From Octopus sinensis (taxonomy: Eukaryota): a stretch of DNA of 64,000 bases. The first letter of the stretch is position 1; every line of letters starts with the position of its first letter. A program made the position numbers and the translations under genes. Under the pieces are notes generated by a model. That model was given only the letters and a program-made list of their open reading frames with translations, was not told the origin of the DNA and did not search any database. Location: the NCBI RefSeq assembly GCF_006345805.1, contig NC_043000.1:87730001-87794000 (forward strand), in the 5' to 3' direction. Shown here piece after piece: positions 23,616 through 36,894 of the stretch.

Positions 23616-24571
23616 TAGGCTGCTCCATTGATCAGATCAACTGGAACACCCACTGCTATAACAGATGGAGTACCAGTATGTACATGTATACTTACATGCA
23701 TATGTGAAGTGTGAGGTATTGAAACCTGGGCCCTGATTACAAGGATTTGCAAAGGTGAGAAAGAAAAGAGGTGAGTATGCTTTTGTTGGATGTGTAATGT
23801 CTGTATGCATAAATGATGCAGTACAAATGATCCCGGAAAAAAAAAAATATATATAAGATGAATCAGATGTATGTTGCATATGTGATGCATATGGATTATA
23901 ACAGTTGCATAAAAAAAATCCTGAGCACTCAAAGTTGATGGTGCCTGTGGCAGACTTGTAGCTCTGAACACTCAAGAGATTCCGCTCCCCATGGTTTGAA
24001 AAGTCACCTCAACTTCTGATTCTGGCACCACATCAGCTTGTTTCTACTATCGTCTTTCCCCTTCACTTTCTTCTTCAGGACTTTCTAAGCTTCATTCTCT
24101 TTTTTTCAATACATCAAAATATCTGTGATTTTGTGTGCTTTGTACAGCTATACATTTCATAGCTGGATACCGATATGGTTAAGTGTACATGTTCATTGTA
24201 TATATACATGTGTGGTTATTCATACAGCTTTTACTGTGCTCTCTTTACTACTTTTGGTTGTTGTTCTTTTCCTCGTTAATGTCTCTCTCTCCTTTCCCAC
24301 CTTTCAGATCTTCTCCGCTTCTCTCACATCTCCCTCTTCAGTCACTTCCTACAACCAACAATAATTTTGTTTTTCCCCCCACTTCTCTTATGTTAACTCT
24401 GGTTGCAGCCTCTCCATCTCACATTCACAAGACCAATCCCTGACTCACACCCTTCAACTCTTTTACTTTGTAGGTGAATCCACCAAACTTATCTCCACCA
24501 CAGCTGCAAAATATTTTGACTCTGACATCCCCAATGATGATGGCCTTTCAGCCCTTAACACTACCCCTTAA

Positions 24572-24789
24572 CCCTTTTATTGCTGTATTGATTTTGAGAT
24601 GCTCTGTTTCTTTCAACTACTTTAAATATAACAAAGAATTTAGTAAAATAGCTTAGTTATCATTCAGTTGGTGTTAGGAACGTAAAGTGTGACTAAGGTT
24701 TGGTGGAAAATTTTAATTAAAATCTTATGAAAACAAAACATTTGTACTCAGAACCAGAGCCGGTTTCAGCCGGGTTGGTAACGAAAGGG
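24572..24789. mobile_element. piggyBac-type MITE family B
   Basis: TTAA|ccctttt...gtaacgaaaggg|TTAA; interior nearly identical to 20064-20284 and 45125-45344. Confidence 0.9.
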
Positions 24790-25589
24790 TTAATTTTCCA
24801 TAAACACTTGAGGTGGCAGAGCCCTAAATCCTTACAGAAATCTGCATGCCAAATTAGAAGACTACTGCCATTGTTTACCAGACAAACAGCACCTTTCACT
24901 TTTTCTGTTATTTGTTGAAGGGTAAAAGACCCAAATATTAGACATTCCATTTTTTTCAGACAGTTGGAGTTATTGACATTCTAAGAATTCTCCTTTGGAA
25001 TAATGGTCGTTGACACATACCCTCTCCCTATCAGTACTTTGGGTTTTGGAATTACCATCAGTTTGGCACATAACTAATTCTGTCAATTCCTCATGCAAGA
25101 ATTACCTGTCCATACTCTGCTTGCAGAGACAAACAAATGCTAAAACACTGGAAATGATTATCATTACAGTAGTGGTGGGGGTAATGATTATAATAATAAA
25201 GATGATGTTTATGATGATGATGATAGAAATGAAGATGATGTGGATAGTGATGGTGGTGACAGCAATGATAATGATAATTATGACGCATATTAGTGACAAT
25301 GATGATGATATTGAAAGTGATAATGATGGTGATGATAATGACGGTAGTGATGGTGATGACGATGATAACAACTGTGATTAATATTTGCCAATTCTTGAGC
25401 AAAGGGTGACTGGCATTAATAATCTATCATTGTCAGTATCCCAAACAGAAACCATAATTAATAGACAACAAATAAATTGGAAAATTTTATTGTTTTATAG
25501 CTAATTAATTATAACGGTATCTGTGGTGAGATGAAATACAAATGATAAAACTTGTGCAAGTTGAAAACAAGACGACTGTAAAGCATTCG

Positions 25590-26298
25590 AGCCAGGTCGT
25601 CTGCTGCTGGAGAGGACCGATCAGGTAAAGGACCTGGGTATCTTGGTGGATTCCTCCTTTTTGCCTTCGGTCCAGTGCGTCCAGGCTGCCAACAAAGCAC
25701 ACGGAATTCTGTTCTTGATTCGACAGTCATTCGGAATGCTCACAGCAGCCATATTTCTACTGCTCTATGTCACGCTGGTGAGACCCATATTGGAATACGG
25801 GATTCAAGCCTCTTCTCCTCAAAGACATACAGCATCTCGAAAGAGTCCAGAAGCTGGCTACCCGCATGGTTCTTGTTCTGAAGAATTTGTCTTATGAAGA
25901 AAGGCTGAAGACGCTCGACCTTTATTCTCTAGAAAAACGATGACGCCATGGAGATCTCATTCTTGCTCACAACATCATAAGCGGAAAGTGTAACCTCTCG
26001 AAAGAGCTGTTCTTCACTCCTGCTCCAGAGTGTCGGCTGTGGGGTCATTCTGAAAAGCTCTATCTGCGACGATTTCATCTCAATCGAAGGAGAGGGGCTT
26101 TCTCCGTCCGGGTTGCGGATCGGTGGAATAAGCTGCCAGATGAGATGGTGAAGATGCCGACGACCGCTCGGTTCAAAGTCTCCCTTGACCTCAAGTGGCC
26201 TGAACTATGTACATGATCACCACCCTGTACATAACTCCATGTCCCCCTACATGGCCTTGCTTTTTGCTTTTTGAGCCAAAAAATTAACTAACTAACTA
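25590..26298 (+). mobile_element. CR1-clade LINE 3' end with (TAAC)n tail
   Basis: VKDLGILVD...LYVTLVRPILEYG...LERVQKLATRMV..LSYEERLKTLDLYSLEKR..GDLI...FSVRVADRWNKLP, then a taactaactaac tail. Confidence 0.9.
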
Positions 26299-26434
26299 AA
26301 ACAAGAAAATATACACATTATAATATTAAAACCATGTAAAATCATAGAAATACACCCACATATATATATATAGATAATTATACACATGCATGCACAGAAA
26401 CACACGCAATATATTTGTGTTCTTTATTCTGTTA

Positions 26435-27780
26435 TTCTTTTATTGTTTCAGTCATTTGACTGCAGCTGTGCTGGAGCACCGCTTTAAAGGGTTTTAGTCG
26501 AAGAAATCGACCCCAGGCCTTATTCGATTGGTCACTTTTGCTGAAACGCTAAGTGATAGGGAGGTAGACACACCACCATCGGTTATCAAGCAATGGCGAG
26601 GGTACAAACAGATGAAAAGACACACATATGTAAATATATAGTAGGCGCAGGTGTGGCTGTGTGGTAAGAGGCTTGCTTTCCAACCACATGGTTCTGGGTT
26701 CATTCCCACTGCATGGCACCTTGGGCAAGTGTCTTCTACTATAGCCTCGGGCCAACCAAAGCCTTGTGAGTGGATTTGGTAGACGGAAACTGAAGGAAGC
26801 CTGTCATATATATGTATATATATATATATATGTATGTGTGTGTATATGTTTGTGTGCCTGTGTTTGTCCCTCCAACATTGCTTGACAACCGATGGTGGTG
26901 TGTTTACGTCCCCATAACTTAGTGGTTCAGCAAAAGAGACCGATAGAATATGTACTAGGCTTACAAAGATTAAGTCCTGGGGTCGATTTGCTCGATCGAC
27001 TAAAGGTGGTGCTCCAGCATGGCTGCAGTCAAGTGACTGAAATAAGTAAAAGTGTAAAAGAGAGTATAGCCTCAGGCCAACCAAAGCCTTGTGAGTGGAT
27101 TTGGTAGATGGAAACTGAAACAAGCCTGCCATATGTACAATTTGTTTGACTAAAGCCAATGCTCCAGCATGGCCACAGTCAAATGACTGAAACCAGTAAA
27201 AGAAAAGAATATATAGACATATATGTTGGGCTTTTTTCAGTTTCCATCTACCTAATTCACTCACAAAGCTTTGGTTGGCGTGAGGTTAGAGTGGAAGACA
27301 CTTGCCTAATGTGTCTTGAAGTGAAACTGAACCTGGAACCATGTGTTGGGAAGCAAGCTTCTTACCACACAGCCACATCTATCTTTTATCTTTTACTTGT
27401 TTCATTCATTAGACTGCAGCCATGCTGGGGCACTGCCTTGGGGAATTTTAGCCAAAGTAATGGAACCAGTACTTATTTTCTTCTTAAGCCTGTTACTTAT
27501 TCTAGCAGTTTCTTTTACCCAACCACTAAATTATGGAGATGTAAACACACCAACACCAGTCACAATGGTGGTGGGGGGAAAACACAGACACAAAGGCACA
27601 CACACACACACACACACACACTGGCTTCTTTCAATTTCTGTTTACGAAATGCACTCAAAATGCTTTCGGCAGCCTGAGGCTGTAGTAGAAGACATTTGCC
27701 AAAGGTGCCACACAGTAGGATTGAACCCAGAACCATGTGGTTGGTAAGGAAACTTCTTGTCACACAGCCATGCCTGCATC
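26435..27780. mobile_element. Cluster of about five SINE family 1 copies in alternating orientation
   Basis: Minus about 26435-26640, plus 26643-27065, plus about 27065-27200, minus about 27230-27380, minus about 27395-27780. Confidence 0.8.
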
Positions 27781-28559
27781 TAAAAGGACTCACATGAAGC
27801 AAAACAAAAGTAGTCAGTATAAATATAATCTGAAATACACACACACACACACACACACACACACTTTCACATATTTGTATGTGTGTGAGTACTCTTGTCT
27901 TAACATCACATGATGGTTGAAAAGAAGCAGTTTGTCATACAAACAATGTTCATTTTCAGTGTTCTATGAAAAAGGAAAAAAAACCCACCATGACTGGTTA
28001 TAGAGAAATATTACTGGTTTGGAAACAGGCAGGAGTTGGTGAGAGGAAGAGCATCCAAATATTGAAACTCTGCATCAACAAATTCCATTTGTTCCAACAA
28101 GCATGGAAAATAGACATTAAATGATGATGATATATGTATGTGTGTATGTGTGTGTGTGTGTTTGTGTCTCTTTGTTATGACATTGTATGATAGCTGTAAA
28201 TGGGCATCACTATCACACAAATGGTGTCATTTATTTCCAGTCTTCTGTAAAAAGAAGTCTCCATAGAAAATCTGCCTCTGTAAACTCCAGCCAAATCAAG
28301 CAAGCATAGAAAAGTGGAAGTTAAGATGATAATGAGGTTAATGATAATATGCACATGTTTGTCACATCCTCTACATTCCTCTTGCCTTTCCATTTGTGTT
28401 ACAAGTATACTTTTTCTTGAGATGGTGTGGACTTTGGTAGAGTGTGTGGCAAAGAATGATGAATGTGCCTGATATCCCTGGTCCATTGTCATAAGGATGG
28501 GTATAATCATAATCACCCTGAAATATGATATGATATACATATATATATATATCATCATC

Positions 28560-29490
28560 ATCATCATCATTGTTTAACGCCCACTTTCCATGCTAGCATG
28601 GGTTGGAAGATTTGACTGAGGTCTGGCGAACCAGATGGCTGCACCAGGCTCCAATCTGATCTGGCAGAGTTTCTACGGCAGGATGCCCTTCTTAAGACCA
28701 ACCACTCCGAGAGTGTAGTGGGTGCTTTTACATGCCACCGGCATGAGGGCCAGTCAGGTGATACTGGCAATGGCCATGCTCAAATAGTGCTTTTTATGTG
28801 CCACCTGCACAGGAGCCAGTCCAGCAGCACTGGCAACGACCTCGCTTGAATGTTTTTCCACGTGCCACCAGCACAAGTGCCACTAAGGCGACGCAGGTAA
28901 CGATCATGCTCGAATGGTGCTTTTTACATGCCATCGGCATGGAAGCCAGTTTGTTGCTCTGGCAAAAATCATGCTCAGATGGTACTCTTAGTGCTCCACT
29001 AGCACAGATGCCAGTCATCGAATTTGATTTCAATTTCGATTTCACTTGCCTCAACAAGTCTTCGCAATACCAGTGTCATGTAACTGCTGTGCTTGTGATG
29101 ACCTGTTGAGCCAAGTGAAATTGAAGTAATGGCCAATACCAGTGGTGTCTGACTGGCACCCATGCTAGTGGCATGTAAAAAGCACCATTTGTGTGTGTTG
29201 GGCCTCATGAAGGCAGTGACAGGTGACTGAAACCTTTGACGATATACTGTGATTGTGTAGACCTCTCAAGCTAAGTGAGACCATAGTCATGATCAATGTT
29301 GGTATCAGGTCAATGGCACCTGTGCCAGTGGCACATAAAAAACACCCACTACACTCTTGGAGTGGTTGGCGCTAAGAAGGGCATCCAGACATAGAAACCT
29401 TGTCAAATCAGATCAGAACCTGGTGCAGCTCCCCAGCTTACCAGTTTTCAGTCAAACCGTCCAATCCCTGCCAACATGGAAAACGGACAA
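28560..29490. mobile_element. Head-to-head pair of RTE 3'UTR copies (minus about 28560-29060; plus about 29080-29490)
   Basis: Both are homologous to 1842-2345; the minus copy carries five 65-nt hairpin units. Confidence 0.82.
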
Positions 29491-29680
29491 AATCCACTAT
29501 TACTGATATAATGAAACAGTAGCTGAAAAATCACTCATGCTCAGATAAGCCAGCAGGAGGTTGAATAAAAAAATTTTTATGCATGACAGAAATGATATTA
29601 GTTTAAAATAGTAATCTGTGTATCATGCTTAAAGCAGATACATCACTGAAAGCATACTTAACTGTGGTATTCATTCTGAA

Positions 29681-29724
<44 letters not shown>

Positions 29725-29898
29725 TGCAAAACTGTATATAAAGCAAACTTCTTCATCGTTAGGTAAGAGTTTGTAAAATAACTTATTTTCTTTCATTTTA
29801 AATGAAAAGACTTTGAAATGGATGAACTCGTAGCTAGAGCTAAAGGCAGTTACAACAATATTGATATCAAAATGGTTAAGGAATTTTAAGATACTTAC

Positions 29899-29976
29899 AT
29901 TGATCAGGCTTCTTTCAGAGCCAATTAGTGCCATTAAAGCTCCAAGTGCTGATACTCGCTCCAGTGTAGGTGTGTC
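29899..29976 (-). CDS. FOCAD: Focadhesin exon (DTPTLERVSALGALMALIGSERSLIN)
   Basis: tatttag| acceptor, |gtaagt donor, 78 nt, phase 0-0. Matches GTPTMLCLAALHGMVALVGSE. Confidence 0.91.
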
Positions 29977-31430
29977 CTAAATACAAATATAAATAATTAA
30001 TAACTGTTATATACTTGTGATATATATTTTCACAAAGCATTTTACTTATGATTTAATTGAATGTCCTCTGAATATATGTAGTCATCAATAACCATTTAAA
30101 ACAATAAAAATACTGTTTCCTTACACCCTAGTTTTGATTATTCTTTTCTGTGTGACAGCAAACATGACATACAAAGAGCTACATCAATTAGTAATAAATT
30201 TTATCTTGTAAAAATTCATTATGAATTTACAAAGTCATCGCTGAGACAATCTTGTAATTAATATTAAAGCAAATTCTAACAATATGGTGCAAACATTTCT
30301 TAACTGAATTGCTTTTCTGAAGAATTACAATAACTATCTTAAACCAATCTCAACAGCTTGTTTCAAGGTACCCTTCTCAATCATGCCTGAAGAAGATTTA
30401 AATTCCTTGAGCAATTTTGTTGCTTAGATTTTTCTTTTTCTCATAAATAATTCATTAACCAATAACTTTACCCAATCCCATACAGATAATGCAGTTCACT
30501 GGTTCTGTTCTTGATTTAAATTCAATTCCAGCAGGCATGATCAACAAGAAATATTTCTATGCTGACCAGTTTTTATCTGACAAATTCAAAAGCATTCTAT
30601 TCCTATTGATATTAAACCATCTAAACCGCCCCTGAATCTATGATACTAAATTCCTGCTTTAAATTAAAGGCTCCCCTCAAAATTTCATGTTTACTCATGT
30701 CCCCAAAACAAGCTTAATGATGACAAGGTTATTTTACTAGACAAAATGGAATAGGCAGGCAAGGGGAGACACATGGGACAGAGAGTTGCTGATGAGGTCA
30801 CAGAGTGTGTGACAAAAGTACTTTCATGGACAAATAAACTAAAAAAAAAAGAAAAAAACTAATAAAACTAAATTGAAGATCAAAGAAATAGTACATGTGT
30901 TTAATTGGCAATAAATGAAAATCTCCAAGTATAACAATATCTGTTTCAACGAAAGTTTTCACATCACGAATCTTGCAAAACAAATGCATAAACATATTTT
31001 ACTAGATTTTTCAATATTCTCAAATTGAATTCAAGCAAAAGCAGTGTATTTCAACATAAACAGGGTAAGAAAACGATTAAAGTGACTGACGTTAAAAATC
31101 TCTCACAAGATATGGATTGACACTAAGTTATTGCAAAGAGATATTTGCCTAAGATGACACCCAGCAGGACTGAACCCAGGACCTTGTGATTACAAAACAA
31201 ATTCCTTAACTATTTAGTCATACTATGTTGTTACACATTGCATCACAGCTATGCTACATGCATACACACACACATATGAATAAATATAGACATTTCATAT
31301 ATATATATATATATATGTAATATAAATTTAATTAGAGGATATGTTAACTTTGTGAAGGGATGGTTACATCCAAGGAAATACTGGTTGAATACCTAGTATT
31401 TTGGGGGAATGAAATTCCCTGAAAACAATA

Positions 31431-31858
31431 GGTATATATAAAGCATATAGTTTATATTCATTTAAAAGAAGAAAAGAAAATGGGGATAAGGAAGTTGATA
31501 ACTGTTTATTATTAACAAATTGGTCATCTTTGCTTCTTATAGCTGTTTCAATTAATACTAAGTAATCTAATTACAAATTTGTACATTAAATTTACATTTA
31601 TGTGACATGAGTATGATTTCATCAGAGGGAAAAAAATGTACTTTTGGATGTTATATGAGGGCTTAGCAATTCATTTCAGCAGAGTCTGATGAAATTTTAC
31701 TCATGTCACATAAATGCAAATCTAATATATAAATTTGTAATTAAATTATTGTGTATTAATTGAAACAGCTGTAAGAAGCAAAAATGACTTATTTGTTATA
31801 ATAAACAATTATTAACTTCCTTATCTCCATTTTTTTTTCTTCTTTTATATATGCCTAG
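31431..31858. repeat. Fold-back element with about 165-nt inverted arms and a 57-nt spacer
   Basis: 31462-31626 is the near reverse complement of 31684-31847. Confidence 0.85.
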
Positions 31859-32059
31859 AAGAAATTTTTTTTGTAGAATGAATTGATCCCAGTACATTAT
31901 TTTCTTTTAAGCCTGGTACTTACTTGATCATTCCCTTTTGCTGAACCACTAAGTTACAGGGATATAAACACATCAACAATAGTTATCAAGTGGTGGTGAG
32001 GGACAAACAAAGACACACACACACTCATACACACATGAGTGAATGGACAAATGAAAGAA

Positions 32060-32385
32060 TGTTTGCATAAAAAGAAAAGGAAACACTATATTCCATCCAA
32101 AAATAATGGTGTTTTAAAAACATGAAAAATCTTAACAAAGTTATGGCTGGGAGATAACAGTTTACTTGAAGTAGCTGCCCTCAGTTTCCAACATGGCCTG
32201 AAGATGGTTCTAGAACTTGATGCATGAACTCCTCATTGAGTCCCTGGGAAGATCTTTTAATACTTCCTTGATGTTAGCTACAAGCTTGGTCTTAGTGTTT
32301 TAGGTAAAGTGTTTGGTGCCTTTCTCAACTGCACCCCACACAGTAACCCATGGGATTACAATTGGAGGAATTAGGAGTGGTTTTA
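32060..32385 (-). mobile_element. Tc1/mariner-superfamily transposase C-terminal relic
   Basis: PPNSSNCNPMGYCVWGAVEK...LVANIKEVLKDLP...HLQAMLETEGSYFK*, a derivative of the PPNSPDLNPLDY motif. Confidence 0.7.
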
Positions 32386-32402
32386 ATAAGCTTGTCTCTT
32401 AA

Positions 32403-33427
32403 CCCTTTCGTTACTATATTTCTGACCAAATTACACCCCTTATGTGTTTCAATTAATTTCTAACGTAATCATAAATTTTGTCTGGTTTCATTAAACAACT
32501 ATAACTTTTTTATTTATCAATATATTAATCTGATTTTTGGAAGATAATTTAATGAAATATTCTCAACCAATTCTATACTATAATTTTTGTCACAAAATGA
32601 CTCTAATTGCAGGTAGATACAGGTAAATTCAACAATATATAAAATTTTGTTCAAACATCGCTATAGAAAATATTAGCTAATATTCAATTGGGTATACAAG
32701 AAAATTTTACGATAGAATTTGTTATTCTGGGTAACTTTCTGATACCCATAATAATATTTATGGCAAAATAGTCTTAATTTCATTTAAGGTTGTGGGAAAT
32801 AAACTATCCTTTCTTTCGTTTTGTTTACATTTAGCGTAACGGTTCGTTTCCGCCGTAATGATTTCAAATAGGCTCAATCGAAAAAGTAAATAGAAATAGC
32901 CTAAGGCTTTACTCTCCTGGGAAAGTCTGTGGCTTGGTCCAGTTTCTTCAGAAAAATCACCGAAAGAAACAGTTTTTAAATTTTCACTCCATTCAGGTGC
33001 CAATTCATTTTCTTTATCGCTGTCAGAGATCTCGGATTCACTGTTTTCACTTTCGGAAAATGAAACATCAGATTCATTATCAAATACCACATGCTTTTTT
33101 TTTTCAGTCATAGAGTTAGATTTATGAAGGTCTTCAGTAGAAAATCCTTCGAATTCTGACTCGCTGCTTGATATAATGAAATTCGTATCCATTTTTTGTC
33201 AGAATTACAAATTTTGAAAACACAATGGGAACAAATTTCGGAAAAAAATCTCCCAAAATTCACGGAATTAAAATTACACTTCGATTATTGTACAAAACTG
33301 TAGTTGAACTGTTTACGAAGTATAATACGTATTTTCACAAATGTACTAAAGAGATTTGCTCTGATATTCTCGTTTAAATATGAATAGGTAAATTCAGGCA
33401 GGTTTGGGCGGTTTGGTAACGAAAGGA
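32403..33427 (-). mobile_element. Internally deleted piggyBac element with N-terminal transposase remnant
   Basis: TTAA TSDs at 32399-32402 and 33428-33431; TIRs ccctttcgttac/gtaacgaaagga; ORF 32758-33192 has an acidic N-terminus and FYLLF..LFEIITAETNRYA...TTLNEIK (start of the piggyBac DDE domain). Confidence 0.88.
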
Positions 33428-33744
33428 TTAAAGCCACTCTTAATTTCTCTATAAATTTGAATGCTCTTTTCAAAATACTACCTATCCAACAATGTTGGTT
33501 TGAATTTGTAATGACTAATGTATTATCTCACCTGTTTGATAACTGTTTACAGTTTTACCTGAAGATGGTGGATTATATGTTATGATGTAATTCAAGAAAA
33601 CATCAATAAAATTCTATTGGAACAGTGACTGTAAATTTTAAATCTCATCTATGTTCTCTTATTTTACACCTATGTCAACTCTACGGCTTGAATTGGATTT
33701 CATTCTTATATATCTACTGTATCCTACAAATACTTCTGTCCCTC

Positions 33745-33840
33745 TGTGTGGCATCTTGGGCAAGTGTCTTCTACTTTAGCCCCGGGCCAACTAAAGCCTT
33801 GTGAGTGGATTTGGTAGACAGAAACTGAAAGAAGCCTGTC

Positions 33841-33928
<88 letters not shown>

Positions 33929-34130
33929 TTGTGTGTCTGTGTTTGTCCCCCCAACATCGCTTGACAACTGATGCTAGTGTGTTTATGTCCCTGTAACTTA
34001 GCAGTTCGGCAAAAGGGATCGATAGAATAAGTACTAGGCTTACAAAGAATAAGTCCTGGGGTCGATTTGCTTGACTAAAGGCAGTGCTCCAGCATGGTCA
34101 CAGTCAAACGACTGAAACAAGTAAAAGAGT
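33745..34130 (+). mobile_element. SINE family 1, 5'-truncated
   Basis: ggcatcttgggcaagtgtcttctac...gactgaaacaagtaaaagagt. Confidence 0.85.
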
Positions 34131-35404
34131 ACCCAGCTATTTCTGGCATCCTATGTGTTGATGTACCTAGATTCTATTGAATCCTATACCTAATACACAC
34201 ACACATGTCATACATTTAACATATACACACACATGCATCTATACATTAACTGAAGAACTATCAAAAACTGTGTTATAACACTTGCTGATAAAGGCTGAAA
34301 TTGGAAATAAGGTGCATCATCTTTTTGTCAAGAATAAAATACTTTGCCCAATAATTCTGACTGTATAGAGCAGAATATGCTAAATTTATTTTTCCTGTAT
34401 GGATAACTAGATTTATTTTTCTCATGTCAAACACTTTAAACTATCTTTACATTTCTATGTATAATATTCAGAAAATAGAAAGTTTGTATTCCTTAGAGTT
34501 CTTTACTAAAGCTAATACATTAAGATAATATTCTTGGTGCATCTACAAAATATTTGTCAATAGCACCGATATTTACAGCCACTTTCTGCATTTAGTTATT
34601 AATTCTGAAAGTGAGGCTTTTTGGGTAACATATTGCATTTAACGCAGTAGCAGTATTGAAGCAGTGGCCCTGTTTGGATAACTACTAGAAGGATTCTGTT
34701 AAAAAAAATTCTAGTGAAATCTGGCAAGCGTAATATTGAGCTAACACTTCAAAAATATCTGTATTACAATACGGCTAATGAATGCTAAAGACATGCATAT
34801 GGTGCAGTATATTTTTGCTGGAAACAAAATGTTTTGTCCAGATATTCAAATATACAGAATATGCAGAGTTATTTTACTGTGCACATGTGTGTGAGTGTAC
34901 ACACACACACACACACACACATATATAGCATTTAATATTTTCCTTGAATCAAACACTTAAATCTATCTTTTACATTTCTATGTAGAAAATAGATGAAAAT
35001 AGAAATTCTTCAAAGTTCTTTGCTAATGTTATTAAGTCAAAACTTTTAGATAATATACATGTTGTGTTCACAAAATATTTGTCAATATCACACAGACATA
35101 TATCTTTTAGTTGTTACAGTCATTAGACTGCGGCCATCCTGGGGCATCACTTCAAAGAATTTTTAGTCAAACGAGTGAACCCTAATTTTGTTTTTAAACT
35201 TGGTTCTTATTCTATTGTCTTGTTTTGCTGAACCGCTAAGTTAGAGGGATGTTAACAAACCAGCATTGTTTGTCAAGTAGTGTAGTTGGGGACAAACAGA
35301 GACAAACACACACACACACACACACACAAATGTATATAACAGGCTTCTTTCAGTTTTACATTATTTACATTTGATGGATATTTGTCCACATCTTGTTTGT
35401 TGTT

Positions 35405-35450
35405 AACAGAATGTTTCGGCTGATATACCCTTCAGCCTTCATCAGGTGTC
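35405..35450 (-). ncRNA. Degenerate minimal hammerhead ribozyme in a SINE/Penelope-type tail
   Basis: gacac-CUGAUGA-a-ggcug(aagggua uau)cagcc-GAAAC-auucuguu: core and 5-bp stem II intact, stems I and III imperfect. Confidence 0.6.
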
Positions 35451-35763
35451 TTAGGGAAATTTCGAACCTGGGTTCTCATCCCTAAGATATTTTTTGATAT
35501 TATTATTATTATTATTATTACTATTATTATTATTCAGGTCACTGCCAACACTAGTGAAATTGTCATACAACATGCAAGAATATAAACCATGAGGGGACAG
35601 CTTTATGCCAGAAGATGAGGGGTAAAAGTATGAGAAAAAGATCCAGAGCAGAATAGGATTGTTGCTGGAGAAGAGCCACGTGATAACTCACATTTCAGAG
35701 AAGTTATCAGGTGGAGCAGGAAAGCACAAAAAATGAAACAACCCAAAAAGAAAAGAAAGCAGT

Positions 35764-35799
<36 letters not shown>

Positions 35800-36476
35800 C
35801 ATACATACATACATACAAAGAATAAATGATACAGGAGTATGAATTGCTATCTGTTTGTCTGTCTATCTATCAATAAATACACACATACACATTTGTATGG
35901 CATGCCAATTATTTTTAGGAACACTGACGTTTTCTGAAGCTGAACTTCTAGTAGCAAAACTAGTTGTTCTTGTAACACAAATTGGAAGATATTTAACTGT
36001 GCATATTAAATAACATCTGACTGATTGCAATGATAGAAAGTGGAAGCTAACATCCTGAATGCCCACAGTTTTCCCTATTTACAACTAATCTATATACAGC
36101 TTTGTCTTGTCTGACTGAACACAACTTAAAGCTTTCCTAAATCTGAAAAAAAGATAAACACATGCATACATGTATATGTGTATGCATGCGTGCACACACA
36201 CACATGTATACACAGGTACAAACGTAAGAATGTTTTCTAGACTGATCAATAGTTGGTGGAATGAGAAGAATAAAATATTAGAGCAGCTCTGAATTTGTTA
36301 CCACTGGGATGCAGTGAAATCATTATCACTGTGTGTTTTGCATCTTATTGGAAAAGTTAATCTCATAACAAGAAAAAGAAAAAAAGAGGTTAGCTGAAAT
36401 CATGCAAAAGCAGATAACTGAATCATTTTTAATATAAATTCTGTTTCATTTTTGTATGTTTCGCAAGATTTGAAAT

Positions 36477-36894
36477 TGTGTGTAGAAACTGATGCTGTAG
36501 TCTAGGAGGGTCATACTGCCAGTATTAACACATGCACTGGTTATGTTTCACTTCAGTCGGTATTACCAGTCAATTAGATAATTCATCATTGATCAAGGGT
36601 TTAATCAAATACTCTGTGAAGTCCTTTTATTGCATTCTGTGACTTTATCAGTAACTACATGTTCCCAAGTACTACTCCCTCCTCAGCACTTGTTTCTTGT
36701 TTACTGAAGTGCTGAGAAGGAGATAGACATAGTCATTGATAACATCACTGTGTCAAAAAGACTTTGACAGGTTAATCTGTTAACCAATTGATTAATTATC
36801 TAATTGATAGATAATAAAACTAAAGTGAAACATAATTAGTGCACATGTTATATTGGCACTATGGCCCTCTTAAACTACAATTTGATTCTACACA
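36477..36894. repeat. About 420-nt fold-back palindrome (arms about 200 nt, 15-nt loop)
   Basis: tgtgtagaa...ctcagcactt / aagtgctgag...ttctacaca, with colinear inverted similarity throughout. Confidence 0.8.

Noticed and set aside
25010-25402. ORFs rich in Met/Asp/Ile/His runs
   Set aside because: Derived from (GAT)/(CAT) trinucleotide repeats; no domain, and they do not fit the FOCAD exon chain.
28721-29005. CRISPR-like repeat-spacer array (also 1998-2213)
   Set aside because: The spacers are homologous to each other, the array is part of an RTE 3'UTR in a eukaryotic intron, and there are no cas genes.
33556-33606. CTGAAGA...GAAA hammerhead-like spacing on the plus strand
   Set aside because: Stems I-III cannot be drawn convincingly; at most a heavily decayed remnant.
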